DNA of 64,000 nt, from NCBI GenBank assembly GCA_965247115.1, contig CBDFGR010000002.1, positions 800,001-864,000 of the forward strand, read 5' to 3'. The notes beneath the pieces were generated by a model. The model saw nothing but the letters and a program-made list of their open reading frames with translations, searched no databases and was not told where the DNA came from. A program made the translations under genes and the position numbers. The DNA is from Myxococcota bacterium. GTDB taxonomy: Bacteria > Myxococcota_A > UBA9160 > SZUA-336. Shown here one piece after another: positions 49,876-60,157 of this stretch. Position 1 is the first letter of the stretch. Each line of letters begins with the position of its first letter.

Positions 49876-50238
49876 TCAGCCGAAGCGGGCGCTGTCCACG
49901 ACGGCGCGCAGGTGCGTCCCCTCGCTAATGATGCCCCGTGGCGAGTGGACCTGGACCTCGAACGTCAGACGACGCCGCTCGATCTTGGCGAGCCTGGCCT
50001 TCACGGTGACCTGCTCGCCCGAGCTTGCGGGCCCCGAGTGCGAGACGTTGATGTGCGTCCCCACCGACGTCTCCCCTTCGTCGAGGTGAGGGGCGATCGC
50101 CTGGAGGCAGGTCTGCTCGATGCACTGCACCATCGAGGGCGTGGACAGGACCTTCGCCGCCAGGTGGGGCGGCGACATGTCATCCGTCACGCTCCAGCTC
50201 TTCTCGGCCTGGAATCCTTCGGTCAGAGAGTTCTTCAT
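49876..50238 (-). CDS. Hot-dog thioesterase (FlK-like)
   Basis: VLSTPSM..IE, TSVGTHINVSH and EGTHLRAVV motifs. Confidence 0.9.
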   Translation of the reverse strand: MKNSLTEGFQAEKSWSVTDDMSPPHLAAKVLSTPSMVQCIEQTCLQAIAPHLDEGETSVGTHINVSHSGPASSGEQVTVKARLAKIERRRLTFEVQVHSPRGIISEGTHLRAVVDSARFG

Positions 50239-50307
50239 TTGTTGCCTCATGATACCCGGATCGGCGCGGGGGGCGTCTTCCTTCCCGGGGTGATTTCAGG
50301 CGGGGTC

Positions 50308-50969
50308 CTAGATGCCTAGATCCTGCAGGTTGTAGTCCTTGAGGGTGGGCTGCAGGTCCAGCGTCCAGCGGTAGGAAGACTCCTGGCCCGCGAAGGGCTT
50401 GTAGACGTAGGGGCTCTCGTCGGGGAAGCGCTGCCGTCGCGCACTGATCGCGTACATGATCAACCTGGACCGCTCGCGGATGTAGTCGTCGTCGTAGACA
50501 GCGACGGGGTTGTGCACACCACCGCTCTCTACGCCCAGCACCGACTTGCGCCGGTGAAAGCCGAAGTTGATGGTCACCCGCACGTCCGGGCTCGTGTTCG
50601 CGAAGGAGCCGTGAATGACGACCCAGCTGAGGGTCCGCGCCTCACAGCCGACGCCGAGCGCCTCGTGGCCCTTGCGGTCGACCGTCGACCCCCGCTCCAC
50701 GGGCGCCCGTTCGAGCATGTCGGCCACGTCACGCTCGATGTCCTCGAGCTCCTCCGCCCTGAGCACACCCTCGAAGACGTAGAAGCCGCAGCGAGAGTAC
50801 GAGTCGAGAATCCTTCGGTCGAGGTTGCCCCCGCAGCGTCGAAGCGGATTGGACCGCGATTACCGAGGGCGACGGCTCGCTTCTCGCCCGCCGCTCGGTA
50901 GTCGCCCATGGCCGACTCGTCGGATCCGTAATCGACGATGGGGACCTGCTTCAAAGGTAGGTTTGCCAT
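50308..50969 (-). pseudogene. PhyH-family dioxygenase with frameshift (near 50828) and large in-frame internal deletion (near 50620)
   Basis: LGNRGPIRF, then shifted CGFYVFEGVL..LSWV joined directly to VIHGSFANTS; the HxD core is missing. Confidence 0.8.
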
Positions 50970-51055
50970 ACCCGGTCACCCCTTCATCGGTTCCGGACGT
51001 GATCTTGACCTATATAATCGCAACATGAAAGTCGAAGACTTGCCCTCGGGACTCC

Positions 51056-52006
51056 ATGGATGAGAACACCAATCGGGATCAGCCAAGCACGTTGATCCGC
51101 TACTTCGACCCGGATGCTCCCCGGGACGAGACCGTTCGCGCGATCGGCGTGGAGTACACGGGGCTCCTGACGCTCGGCGAGGCTCCCGGGGCCTCGAAGG
51201 AGGACTACAAAAAACGCCGCGACAGCATCATTCGCCAGCACGCGGTGACCGTGCGCGACGCGCGCACCAGCCAGATCGGCGGGCTCTCCTCGTGGAAGTT
51301 CGAGGTGAACGGCTTCACCTTCGTGCCTGCGCCAGCGCCCGTAGAGAACTTCCAGGACCGCGCGTGCGTCCGTCGCGAGTACGCGCCCCGGCTCCTCGAG
51401 CTCGTGAAAGCAACCACTGGGGCGAACCGCGCCTTCGTCATCGGACAGCAGGTCCGGTCCGAGCAGACGGGGCGAGGGACCTCGAGCAGCTCGTATGCCC
51501 GGTTCGCCCACTCGGACTACGGCCCGGAGTTCGAGCCCTTGTTTCGCCGGCTCCTGGCCGCGCGCTATGGCCTACCGGAAGAGGAGGCCACGAGCTGCGG
51601 GATCTGCTGCGCGGGATTCTGGGCCCCCATCGAGCGCCCCGCCTTCAAGGACCCGCTCTGCCTCCTCGACTGCAGCTCCGTCGACATGGAGAGGGACATG
51701 ATCCGGTACATATATCAGGGTGACCTGAAATTCGCCTCGAAGCGGCCGGAGGCCGAGAGAGTGCCGGCAGCAGCCCAGGACGCCCCCGCGATCGCCCCGG
51801 TCTACTCGCCCAGACACCGTTGGTTCTTCACTCCCGATATGCGTCCGGAGGAGGCGGTGATCTTCAAGCAGTACGACTGGCGGGAGAGCGTCGCCGCGCG
51901 GGCGTGCTGGCACAACTCGTTCCGCGACAACTTCCACGACGCCTGGGAGGAGTGCCCGGGTCGTCGCAGTATTGAATTCCGCATCCTCCTCGCTTTCGAG
52001 CGCTGA
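51056..52006 (+). CDS. CmcJ/NvfI family oxidoreductase
   Basis: AHSDY, DPLCLLDCSSV, PDMRPEE..FKQYD, WHNSF and RRSIEFR motifs. Confidence 0.85.
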   Translation: MDENTNRDQPSTLIRYFDPDAPRDETVRAIGVEYTGLLTLGEAPGASKEDYKKRRDSIIRQHAVTVRDARTSQIGGLSSWKFEVNGFTFVPAPAPVENFQDRACVRREYAPRLLELVKATTGANRAFVIGQQVRSEQTGRGTSSSSYARFAHSDYGPEFEPLFRRLLAARYGLPEEEATSCGICCAGFWAPIERPAFKDPLCLLDCSSVDMERDMIRYIYQGDLKFASKRPEAERVPAAAQDAPAIAPVYSPRHRWFFTPDMRPEEAVIFKQYDWRESVAARACWHNSFRDNFHDAWEECPGRRSIEFRILLAFER

Positions 52007-52072
52007 GGATCGCCGCCGGCCACAGGCAGCGCACTTACAGGGTATCCGCTCAGGCCAGCGAGTCCTAGATCC

Positions 52073-52921
52073 CTACACTCGCGCCAGCGCTGTGGGATGC
52101 CCGGTGACTCCTGGGCGACAGCGCCAGATGCAGCCGCCTAGCTTTTCGTCCTCGGTGTTGTCCGCGCTCACCAGATAGAGATCGCCGTAGTCTGCACCGC
52201 CGAACGCGCAGCTGGTCACCGAGCGCGCAGGAACCGCGATCTCATCGAGCGCTTGGCCCTTGGGGTCGAGGACGGCGACGCGCCGGCCGCCTACATGGGC
52301 GACCCAGAGGTTGCCGTCGCGGTCGACACACATGCCGTCGGGAATGCCTCGTTCGAAGGCGGCCCGTCCGATGTGCCGTCTGTTGGAGAGATTGCCGCCC
52401 GCATCGACGTCGTGTACCCAGAGGCCTCGGCTGATGGAATCGACGTGATAAAGCGTCCGGCCGTCGGGCGAAAAGCCGATACCATTAGACACGGCCACGC
52501 CGTCGTAGAGCTCGGTGACACTGCCGTCGAGCTCGATCCGATACGCCTCGCCGGGATGATCCGGCGCGCTCCTCAGGTCGTCCACGTCCGCCCGGATGGC
52601 CCCCACGTACACCCGGCCAGACGCATCGGGGTGCAGATCGTTGAACAACGCCACGCCGTCGCGCTCGAGGAGTACCCGGAACTCACCGTCGCGCCAATGC
52701 GCGACACTCGACCCCGACATGATCAATCCGCCGTCGGCGTGGAGTGCCAGGCCGCCCACCATGGGACGGCGCGTGACCACCGTGTGGATCGTGCCGTTGG
52801 AATCGCGACGATGAACCGTGCCGCCGCGTATGTCTGTGAACCACAGAGCACCGTCGGCGTCGGTGCGCGGCCCTTCGACGAGTCCATAGCCGCTCGCAAG
52901 CAACTCGAGCTCGATATGCAT
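52073..52921 (-). CDS. SMP-30/gluconolactonase family protein
   Basis: EGP, FND, SNGIGFSPDG and PDGMCVD motifs. Confidence 0.93.
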   Translation of the reverse strand: MHIELELLASGYGLVEGPRTDADGALWFTDIRGGTVHRRDSNGTIHTVVTRRPMVGGLALHADGGLIMSGSSVAHWRDGEFRVLLERDGVALFNDLHPDASGRVYVGAIRADVDDLRSAPDHPGEAYRIELDGSVTELYDGVAVSNGIGFSPDGRTLYHVDSISRGLWVHDVDAGGNLSNRRHIGRAAFERGIPDGMCVDRDGNLWVAHVGGRRVAVLDPKGQALDEIAVPARSVTSCAFGGADYGDLYLVSADNTEDEKLGGCIWRCRPGVTGHPTALARV

Positions 52922-52961
52922 CAATGCCTCCCAGCCCAACTAGAGAGCGGATCCCGCGGGA

Positions 52962-53360
52962 CTACTGCTCCCAGACGGCGTTGATCAGCTCCGTGTCGAG
53001 ATACGCGGTGCCCTCGACCACCTTGCCGTCCAGGAGGCGCATCACCCAGGAGTAGGTCTGGTTGTAGGGCTTGCCCGAGCGCATCGTTCCCTGGCCGCGC
53101 CACTGGAGCGAAACCCAGTCGTCCTCGGCGATCAGATTGACGACCTTGGGCTCGATCGCACCCGAAAGCCGTCCCGTTAGCGGCTGGATCGCGCCCTCGA
53201 GGAAGGCAGCCCGGCTCTCATAGGTTTTGGAGACCGGGGTCGTTCCGATCACGGTCCACTTCACATCGTCGTCGAGCAGCCTGAAGAACGCGTTCCCGTC
53301 CCCCTCGGCCCACTTGGCAAACGTATCCGCGATCAGCGCCTTGTTGTCGGCTGCACCCAT
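52962..53360 (-). CDS. NTF2/SnoaL-like protein
   Basis: LLDDDVKWTVIG, GKPYNQTYSW and YLDT motifs. Confidence 0.9.
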   Translation of the reverse strand: MGAADNKALIADTFAKWAEGDGNAFFRLLDDDVKWTVIGTTPVSKTYESRAAFLEGAIQPLTGRLSGAIEPKVVNLIAEDDWVSLQWRGQGTMRSGKPYNQTYSWVMRLLDGKVVEGTAYLDTELINAVWEQ

Positions 53361-53460
53361 TGCGCTCTCCCTTCCGTCTCCTTGCAGTACCCTACCACTC
53401 ATTGCAGACGACCACATTCCCCACATCGAAGACGTCTTACCACCCAAGACGCTAGGTGGT

Positions 53461-54588
53461 TCAGCCAAGACTCTTGTCTCGGAAGGGATAGAGATGCTGT
53501 GCAATCACGCCGCTTGGAACCGGAGCTCCAATGACCCCATAGGACGCCGGCCACTCCCCCTTGGGCAGGCGAAGCGTCCCGAAGAGCAGGTCGATCACAG
53601 GAAGGTGCACAGCAAAGTTCGTATCTGCGGCACTGCGGTCGTCGGAGTGATGCCAATGATGGTACTGCGGAGTAACGAGGAGATAGTTGAGGACTCCGAA
53701 GTTTAGTCCGACGTTCGCGTGCGCGAAGACCGCCTGAACGCCAACGAGCAGGACGTAGCCTGCGATCGCGCTTTGCGAGAACCCGAGCAGGAAGATGGGC
53801 AGAAAGACCACAGACCGCGTGATCAGGACCTCGAGCAGATGCAGGCGCGATCCGGCCAACCAGTCCATTGCAGGCGCCGAGTGGTGGATCGAGTGGATCT
53901 TCCACATGAACGGATGCCCATGGTAGATCCGGTGGACCCAATACTGTGCAGAGTCGGCAGCGAAGACGATCACGGGGAATTGAACCCATGCCGGCCAGGA
54001 CGTGACCACCGCTTGGACCGGTTTGAAGACGGCCCAACCGAATAGAAGCGGGGCCGCGTTCAACGTAACGAGAAGGATGTACGAGACCAGCAGGTGGCTC
54101 AGGGCGAAATACTTGAGGTCGGCGCGCCATTGGCCGCGGAGAATCGGCTGGCTTGGGTTCTTCGGAAGGGCCTTCTCGATGGGGATGAAGACCAGACCTG
54201 AGACGAGAAGAGCCAGGATCAACCAATCGAGGCCGATGGCAAGCTGGCTCGCCGGTTCGCCGCTCGACTGTACCGATGCGCCTCCCAGCAGGGTCGCGAC
54301 CGCAGCCGAAGAGATCCCAACCATCGCTTGCTTGCGACCGTTCTTGAACAGGAAGTTGAGTGCACCTGCGGCGGCCGCACAGATGATGCTCCAGTAGAGT
54401 ACGCGTCGGAGAAGGGGGATATCGTAGACCGCCCGCAGATCTGTCGTCGTCAGGAGTTCCGGGAAAAGGAAGCAGAGCACACCGCCCAGCGATGACACCC
54501 CGAGCAGCGCGGATGCGTATCCGCTGATCCAACCTTCCCCGAGCTTGAGCTCAACTTCTGAGTCGCTCACGATCTTCGTCCCCGGCAC
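53461..54588 (-). CDS. Sterol desaturase/fatty acid hydroxylase family membrane enzyme
   Basis: His boxes HRIYH, HSIHH, HAN and HHWHH. Confidence 0.92.
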   Translation of the reverse strand: MPGTKIVSDSEVELKLGEGWISGYASALLGVSSLGGVLCFLFPELLTTTDLRAVYDIPLLRRVLYWSIICAAAAGALNFLFKNGRKQAMVGISSAAVATLLGGASVQSSGEPASQLAIGLDWLILALLVSGLVFIPIEKALPKNPSQPILRGQWRADLKYFALSHLLVSYILLVTLNAAPLLFGWAVFKPVQAVVTSWPAWVQFPVIVFAADSAQYWVHRIYHGHPFMWKIHSIHHSAPAMDWLAGSRLHLLEVLITRSVVFLPIFLLGFSQSAIAGYVLLVGVQAVFAHANVGLNFGVLNYLLVTPQYHHWHHSDDRSAADTNFAVHLPVIDLLFGTLRLPKGEWPASYGVIGAPVPSGVIAQHLYPFRDKSLG

Positions 54589-54695
54589 TCCTCAGGCGGA
54601 GTCGACCCTATTCTAGGACCAAACCCAGGACGACCCCATTCACGTCCATCGGCTCGCCCCGGGGGCTCCTCTCCCGGGGATTTGACCGGCCATGC

Positions 54696-55280
54696 TCAGA
54701 AGTCTGCATGGGTCGCTTTATAGATCGGCCGCGCTTTGATGCGCTCCACATAGGCCGCAACCTTGGGTGATAGATCCATCATCTTGAAGTCGCTGAAGAG
54801 GGCGAGCGCGCCGCCGAAGACGATGTCGGCTGCCGTGAATTGGTTGCCCAGCGCCCAGCCGGCTTCGGGCGTCATCGACTCCACCGTCGCCATCCCACGA
54901 GGCATGTCCCCCCAGCCCATGGACTGGGGGTCGGCCTCGACCCCGAGCGAGGTGACGGAGAGAAGCGGCTCGAGCGTGATGCCGGGGAAGAAGAGATAGC
55001 GGTAGTACTCGGCGCGCTCAGTCGAGCCCGAGGGTGGTGCGAACCCCTTGTCAGCGAACTTATCCGCCAGGTAGGCGCAGATCGCGGCGGTTTCGGTGAC
55101 GACCACCTCGCCGTCGACGAGCGCTGGCACCTTGCCCATCGGGTTGATTGCTCGGTACTCTGGCGAGTTCTGTTCGCCCGCCTCTAGGTCGAGCACGACC
55201 TGCTCATGCGGGGCATCGAGCTCTTTGAGCATCCAGTCGGTCGTGACGGCTCGCGTCTTCGGATAGAAGTAATGCTTCAT
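54696..55280 (-). CDS. Glutathione S-transferase
   Basis: INPMGKVPAL, ETAAICAYLAD and FTAADI motifs. Confidence 0.93.
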   Translation of the reverse strand: MKHYFYPKTRAVTTDWMLKELDAPHEQVVLDLEAGEQNSPEYRAINPMGKVPALVDGEVVVTETAAICAYLADKFADKGFAPPSGSTERAEYYRYLFFPGITLEPLLSVTSLGVEADPQSMGWGDMPRGMATVESMTPEAGWALGNQFTAADIVFGGALALFSDFKMMDLSPKVAAYVERIKARPIYKATHADF

Positions 55281-55458
55281 GTGCCTCTCCTCGCAAGGTT
55301 GCCTGTTAGGCTATCAGCACCGACGGGTCGAAGCCGAGATCGGCCTTCGCACCTACCCCGATCGAAGCCGCGAGCCAGCAGGTCCGCGAACGCGGTGTGC
55401 GAACTGCGCTCATGTCCATGCTCCTGAAGAATGATGCGCAACGGTCACTTGTTAAAAG

Positions 55459-57189
55459 TCAGAGTCGCTCCTCTAGCAGGATCTCCAGATCGACGAGCTT
55501 CCAGATCCCGTCTACGGGGGACACGATGAGCTCGGCGCGGTACTGGTTGCGACGCTGGTGCATGTGTCCCCAATGCCCCACCGAGCCGCCCACGTTCCAG
55601 GTGGCCGTTGCCACGAAGCCGCCGCTCCCCGCAGGTTCTGCGGAGAGATCGATCAACTCGATTTCCTTAACCTTGGCGCGCGCACCGCCCTGATTCGCCA
55701 GCTCGAGGCCTCGTCGAGTCTCGAGGTAGATCTGAGCGAGCAGGTCCCCGTCTACGCTGCGTTCCAACGTGTCGTAGATCTGCTCCTCCCCGCGGAAGTC
55801 AAATGCCCGGTACACGTTATGGAGGAGGTCCGCGACGATCTGGCGAGCTCGACTGTCCGAGAGCGCAGCGTCGTGCCCAACCGGGAAGCTCGCAACAGCG
55901 ACGAGGACAGAGGCTGCCGCGACCACTGCATGCACCCGGCGTCGACTCCTCAACCAGTTGAACACGGCGAGAAGCGCGAGCCCGAGAAAGAGCCAACGTC
56001 CGATGAGCATGGATCTGGCGAGCATGCCCGGGGGTGAGGCCAGGACCCGGAGCGTCGGCGGCTCGGGGTTCTTCAGGAAGTTCTGCCACTCCAGCACGCG
56101 GTAGTCTGCGTCCAGGTAGGTCTGCAACGGACCAGCCTGGTCCACGGCGGCCGCAGGAATCCTCTCGAAGCGCTCGTCCCAGAGGTCCCAGTCCATGCTG
56201 ACGCGATCCGGCAGGCCGTCGGTGGCGTACACGAAGATGACCCCGAGGGTGGCGGAGGACAGGTCGAGCTCGACCGGCGGGTCGATCACTCGGCTGGTTC
56301 GGAGCGTTCTCTCAAGAAAGTTGATGCGCGCGAGCTCGGGCTCGACTGCCTGGCCATCGATCAGAACGCGTTGGTGGAGCCTCAGGAATTCGGCGGCCTT
56401 GCGCTTGAGCTCTGCCTGGAGCTCGACTGGGATCGTGCGGCGTTCCGCCAGCCCCAGATCGACCCACTTCTGGAGGTCGCGGGGCCTGGCGATGATCTCC
56501 TTTCTCACCTCGTAGGGCTCGACGTAGATAAAGCCGCTCATCGGTGCGTAGTAGGTTCGGCGCAGGTTGCGGTTCCGAAAGCGTGAGTACCACGGGTCTG
56601 CCCAATCGAGGTCGAGCGTCTGGCTCGGCGTCAGGTAGCGAAAATCATTGACGGGGATCCCCGCGTGGTAGACGACGAAGCCGACACTGGTCGCCGCCTC
56701 TCCGCGCGGGGCCAGAAACGTCAAGCTCGCAGGATTCGCGGGTAGACCGTACTCGAGCCGCGCGAACACAACGAGCTCCTCTTCATCCTGATTCACGGCC
56801 AGAGGCTCACCGGTGATCTCATCCCGTCGCAAGCGTGGCCGTGCCTCGATGCCCAGCAGGCGGCCCGGCAGCGGCTTGCCCGCTTCTGGTTTGATGACCA
56901 GATCCTCGCGGAAGAAGAGTTCGAGCCGCTCCGAGAGGGGCCTGGGCGAGTGGCCAGCCCTCTCGTAGATCTCGTCGGGCAGCAGGTTGCGAAACGTCTC
57001 GAGGTCCCTGAGGCCGACTTCGAGCTCGACGGTGACCGTATCGTCGTTGACGTAGTACTCGACGATGGTGGTCGCAAACATAGCTTGCGAGCGGATGATC
57101 GCATCTGCCCGGGCAGAAGCGGGCAGCGCCCAAACGCAGCCGCACGCGAGCGCTATACGAGCGAACCGAGCGCGAAGGTCCCTAGACAT
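55459..57189 (-). CDS. Conserved hypothetical exported/membrane protein
   Basis: Signal peptide, long soluble domain, 2 TM helices and a C-terminal GSVGHWGHMHQR motif. Confidence 0.8.
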   Translation of the reverse strand: MSRDLRARFARIALACGCVWALPASARADAIIRSQAMFATTIVEYYVNDDTVTVELEVGLRDLETFRNLLPDEIYERAGHSPRPLSERLELFFREDLVIKPEAGKPLPGRLLGIEARPRLRRDEITGEPLAVNQDEEELVVFARLEYGLPANPASLTFLAPRGEAATSVGFVVYHAGIPVNDFRYLTPSQTLDLDWADPWYSRFRNRNLRRTYYAPMSGFIYVEPYEVRKEIIARPRDLQKWVDLGLAERRTIPVELQAELKRKAAEFLRLHQRVLIDGQAVEPELARINFLERTLRTSRVIDPPVELDLSSATLGVIFVYATDGLPDRVSMDWDLWDERFERIPAAAVDQAGPLQTYLDADYRVLEWQNFLKNPEPPTLRVLASPPGMLARSMLIGRWLFLGLALLAVFNWLRSRRRVHAVVAAASVLVAVASFPVGHDAALSDSRARQIVADLLHNVYRAFDFRGEEQIYDTLERSVDGDLLAQIYLETRRGLELANQGGARAKVKEIELIDLSAEPAGSGGFVATATWNVGGSVGHWGHMHQRRNQYRAELIVSPVDGIWKLVDLEILLEERL

Positions 57190-57245
57190 GCTGCTCGGAG
57201 TATAGGCTGAAGCGGCTGGCGAGCCTTTTGGCCTACTATCTGCCC

Positions 57246-57920
57246 GTGGCTGTGCAGATCCAAGAGCTCCGCTTCCGCTACGGGGAGGGCGACTTCCGCC
57301 TCCACGTGCCGCAGCTCGCCGTGGAGGACGGCGAGGCGCTCGCGCTGGTTGGCCCCAGTGGGTCCGGGAAGACCACGCTGCTCCACCTCCTCGCAGGCAT
57401 CGCGGTGCCACAGTCTGGAGAGGTCGTGACTTGTGGAGTGAACCTGGCGACTCTGGATGACAGCGCGCGCCGCGACTTTCGCATCCGGAACATCGGGCTC
57501 GTGTTCCAGGAGTTCGAGCTGCTCGAATATCTCGACGTCCTCGATAACGTGCTCCTTCCGCACCGAATCAGTCCTGCACTCAAGCTAGACGCTGAAGTGC
57601 GCGAGCGAGCGGCTCGTGTGGCGGAAGAGATCGGGATCGAGAGCCTGCTTGCTCGGTACGTTACACAGCTTTCCCAGGGGGAGCGGCAGCGCGTAGCGAT
57701 CTGTCGCGCCCTTGCGACCGAGCCGACGCTGCTCCTGGCGGACGAGCCGACCGGGAACCTGGATCTAGACAACAAGGACCGTGTGCTGGACAGCTTGTTC
57801 CTCAGCGCGCGTAGAACGGGTGCGACACTGATCGCTGTCACGCACGATCACGACCTGTTGCCGCGCTTTGACCGCGTCATCGACTTTCGGGACTTTCACG
57901 CTGCCGGGCGACAGCCTTGA
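57246..57920 (+). CDS. ABC ATP-binding protein (LolD/MacB type)
   Basis: GPSGSGKT, LSQGERQR, LADEPTGNLD and VTHD motifs. Confidence 0.93.
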   Translation: MAVQIQELRFRYGEGDFRLHVPQLAVEDGEALALVGPSGSGKTTLLHLLAGIAVPQSGEVVTCGVNLATLDDSARRDFRIRNIGLVFQEFELLEYLDVLDNVLLPHRISPALKLDAEVRERAARVAEEIGIESLLARYVTQLSQGERQRVAICRALATEPTLLLADEPTGNLDLDNKDRVLDSLFLSARRTGATLIAVTHDHDLLPRFDRVIDFRDFHAAGRQP

Positions 57921-59098
57921 GCGGCACCCTCTATCTGGTCTGGCGCTACCTCACCTATCACCGGCTGAAGTCCGTGATTCTGGTCGGCTCCCTGGGCCTC
58001 ATGGTCTACCTGCCTTTGGGGCTGAACGTGCTGGTGGTGCAGAGCGCCGACGAACTCACGGCCCGTGCCGAGGCCACGCCGCTCCTGGTGGGTGCGAAGG
58101 GCAGTCCGCTCGAGCTCGTGCTGAACTCGCTCTACTTCGAGTCAGAGCCACCGCCGTCGAGCGACTTTGCGGAGGTCCAGCGCATTGCCGACTCGGGCCT
58201 GGCGGAGGCCATCCCGCTGCACGTCCGCTTTCGCGCGCGCGGCTACCCGATCGTTGGAACGACCCTCGAGTACTTCGACTATCGACGTCTCGATATCGCA
58301 GCTGGACGGCCGATGGCGCTCCTCGGCGAGTGCGTACTGGGGGCCGCGCTACCAGGGCTCCTGGGAGCAGGTCCCGGAGACTCGATCGTCTCCTCGCCGG
58401 AGAGCGTCTTCGATCTGGCCGGAGTCTATCCACTCAAGCTGAATGTGGTCGGGGTGCTCCAGCGCTCGCACAGCCCGGATGACCGTTCGATCTTCATCGA
58501 CGTGAAGACCGCGTGGGTGATACAGGGAGTCGGACACGGTCACCAGGATCTCGCCGCTCCCGGAGCAGACGCTGCCATTCTCGCGCGCGAAGGGGACACG
58601 ATCACGGCAAATGCTTCCGTGGTCCAGTACAACGAGATCACGCCCGACAACATGGACTCCTTCCACTTTCACGGCGAGCTCTCCGAATACCCGGTGACGG
58701 CCATCGTCGCCGTGCCTCCGGACCGCAAGTCCGGTGTGCTGCTGATGGGCCGCTACGAGGGGAACGAGGAAGTGAGCCAGATCCTGCGCCCTGCCGAGAT
58801 CATCGACGAGCTGCTGGCGACGATCCTGACGGTTCGAAGCTACGCGATCGCGGGCGCCCTCGTGCTCGGATCGGCGACCCTCGCCATGGCGGCACTGGTG
58901 TTTCTACTCTCGCTGCGCCTGCGCCGCCGGGAGATCGAGACCATGATGAAGATCGGCGCGCCGAGGGGCCGGGTCGCTGCGCTGATTGTCGCCGAGATCA
59001 CGATCGTGCTGCTCGCGGGTTCGGTGCTGGCTGGAGGGCTCACGCTGATCACAGCAAGCTACGGGGCTTCTCTGATCCGAGGGGTGCTTCTCGCGTGA
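57917..59098 (+). CDS. ABC permease, FtsX/MacB-like
   Basis: 1+3 TM topology with a large periplasmic domain; GVGHGHQDL and RRREIETMMKIGA motifs. Confidence 0.88.
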   Translation: MSGTLYLVWRYLTYHRLKSVILVGSLGLMVYLPLGLNVLVVQSADELTARAEATPLLVGAKGSPLELVLNSLYFESEPPPSSDFAEVQRIADSGLAEAIPLHVRFRARGYPIVGTTLEYFDYRRLDIAAGRPMALLGECVLGAALPGLLGAGPGDSIVSSPESVFDLAGVYPLKLNVVGVLQRSHSPDDRSIFIDVKTAWVIQGVGHGHQDLAAPGADAAILAREGDTITANASVVQYNEITPDNMDSFHFHGELSEYPVTAIVAVPPDRKSGVLLMGRYEGNEEVSQILRPAEIIDELLATILTVRSYAIAGALVLGSATLAMAALVFLLSLRLRRREIETMMKIGAPRGRVAALIVAEITIVLLAGSVLAGGLTLITASYGASLIRGVLLA

Positions 59099-60030
59099 GG
59101 CGCGGAGCGCTCATCAGCCTGCTTGCTCTCGGAGGCCTCGTCGCGTGTGGCGAGAGGGAGCCCTTGGCCGAGCCGAACGCGAACCCTACGAGCACTGTGC
59201 TCGTCTACACGGTCAACTACCCCTTGCTCTACTTTGCCGAGAGGATCGGTGGAGATCGCGTCAAGGCCGTGCTCCCAGCGCCGACAGGCGTCGATCCGGC
59301 GCACTGGTCGCCCGATATCGAGACCATTACCGCTTATCAGCGCGCAGATCTCTTGCTCCTGAACGGTCTGGGCTACGCGTCCTGGGTCGACCGTGCGTCG
59401 CTGCGACGCTCGAGGTTGATCGACACCTCGGCATCGTTTGCAGAGCGGGCGCTTCCGATCGAGAGGTCGGTGCTCCACACGCATGGGCCGGAGGGCGCGC
59501 ACTCGCATCGCGGCCCTGCGTTCACGAGCTGGCTCGACCCCGAGCTCGCCATTGCCATGTCCGTTGCCATTCGCGACGCCCTGAGCGCCGCCCGCCCCGC
59601 CTCGCAGACCGAGTTCGACTCGGGCGCTGCCAGCTTGACCGCGGACCTTCGGGCACTGGATCGACAGCTGGCCGCAACTGCCGCTCGGATTGGCAACGAG
59701 CCGCTCGTCTTCTCGCATCCTGTCTACCAGTACCTGGCACATCGCTACGGGTTGAACGGGCGCTCCCTCGAATGGGAACCCGGTGAGTCTCCATCCGTGC
59801 ACATGTGGCGGGATCTCGAGGTGCTGCTGCGCGAGCACCCCGCGCGCTGGATCATCTGGGAGGCGGAACCCCTGCCTGACACGCTGCAGCGGCTGGAGGA
59901 GCTCGGATTACGCAGTGTGGTGTACGATCCATGTGGCGCGGCGCCCGAGCAGGGTGACCTTCTGAGTGTCATGCGCGCAAACGCTGGACGGCTCGCGCAA
60001 CTCGGCGACACGTCGTCGAACCCCCTCTGA
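59095..60030 (+). CDS. Metal ABC substrate-binding lipoprotein (ZnuA/TroA-like)
   Basis: Lipobox LVAC; DPAHWSP, NGLGY, HTHGPEGAHSH, WLDP and SHPVYQY motifs. Confidence 0.88.
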   Translation: MRRGALISLLALGGLVACGEREPLAEPNANPTSTVLVYTVNYPLLYFAERIGGDRVKAVLPAPTGVDPAHWSPDIETITAYQRADLLLLNGLGYASWVDRASLRRSRLIDTSASFAERALPIERSVLHTHGPEGAHSHRGPAFTSWLDPELAIAMSVAIRDALSAARPASQTEFDSGAASLTADLRALDRQLAATAARIGNEPLVFSHPVYQYLAHRYGLNGRSLEWEPGESPSVHMWRDLEVLLREHPARWIIWEAEPLPDTLQRLEELGLRSVVYDPCGAAPEQGDLLSVMRANAGRLAQLGDTSSNPL

Positions 60031-60157
60031 CATGAGGGCAACATGTACTTCTGGCGCGCGACCCCGCGTCGAGTATGGTACAACCCGCTTCCAAGTGCGG
60101 TTCCTGTTTCCAAAGGCGTCGGGGTGGCTTGACTGTGAGATCTAGGAGGGACGCGAG

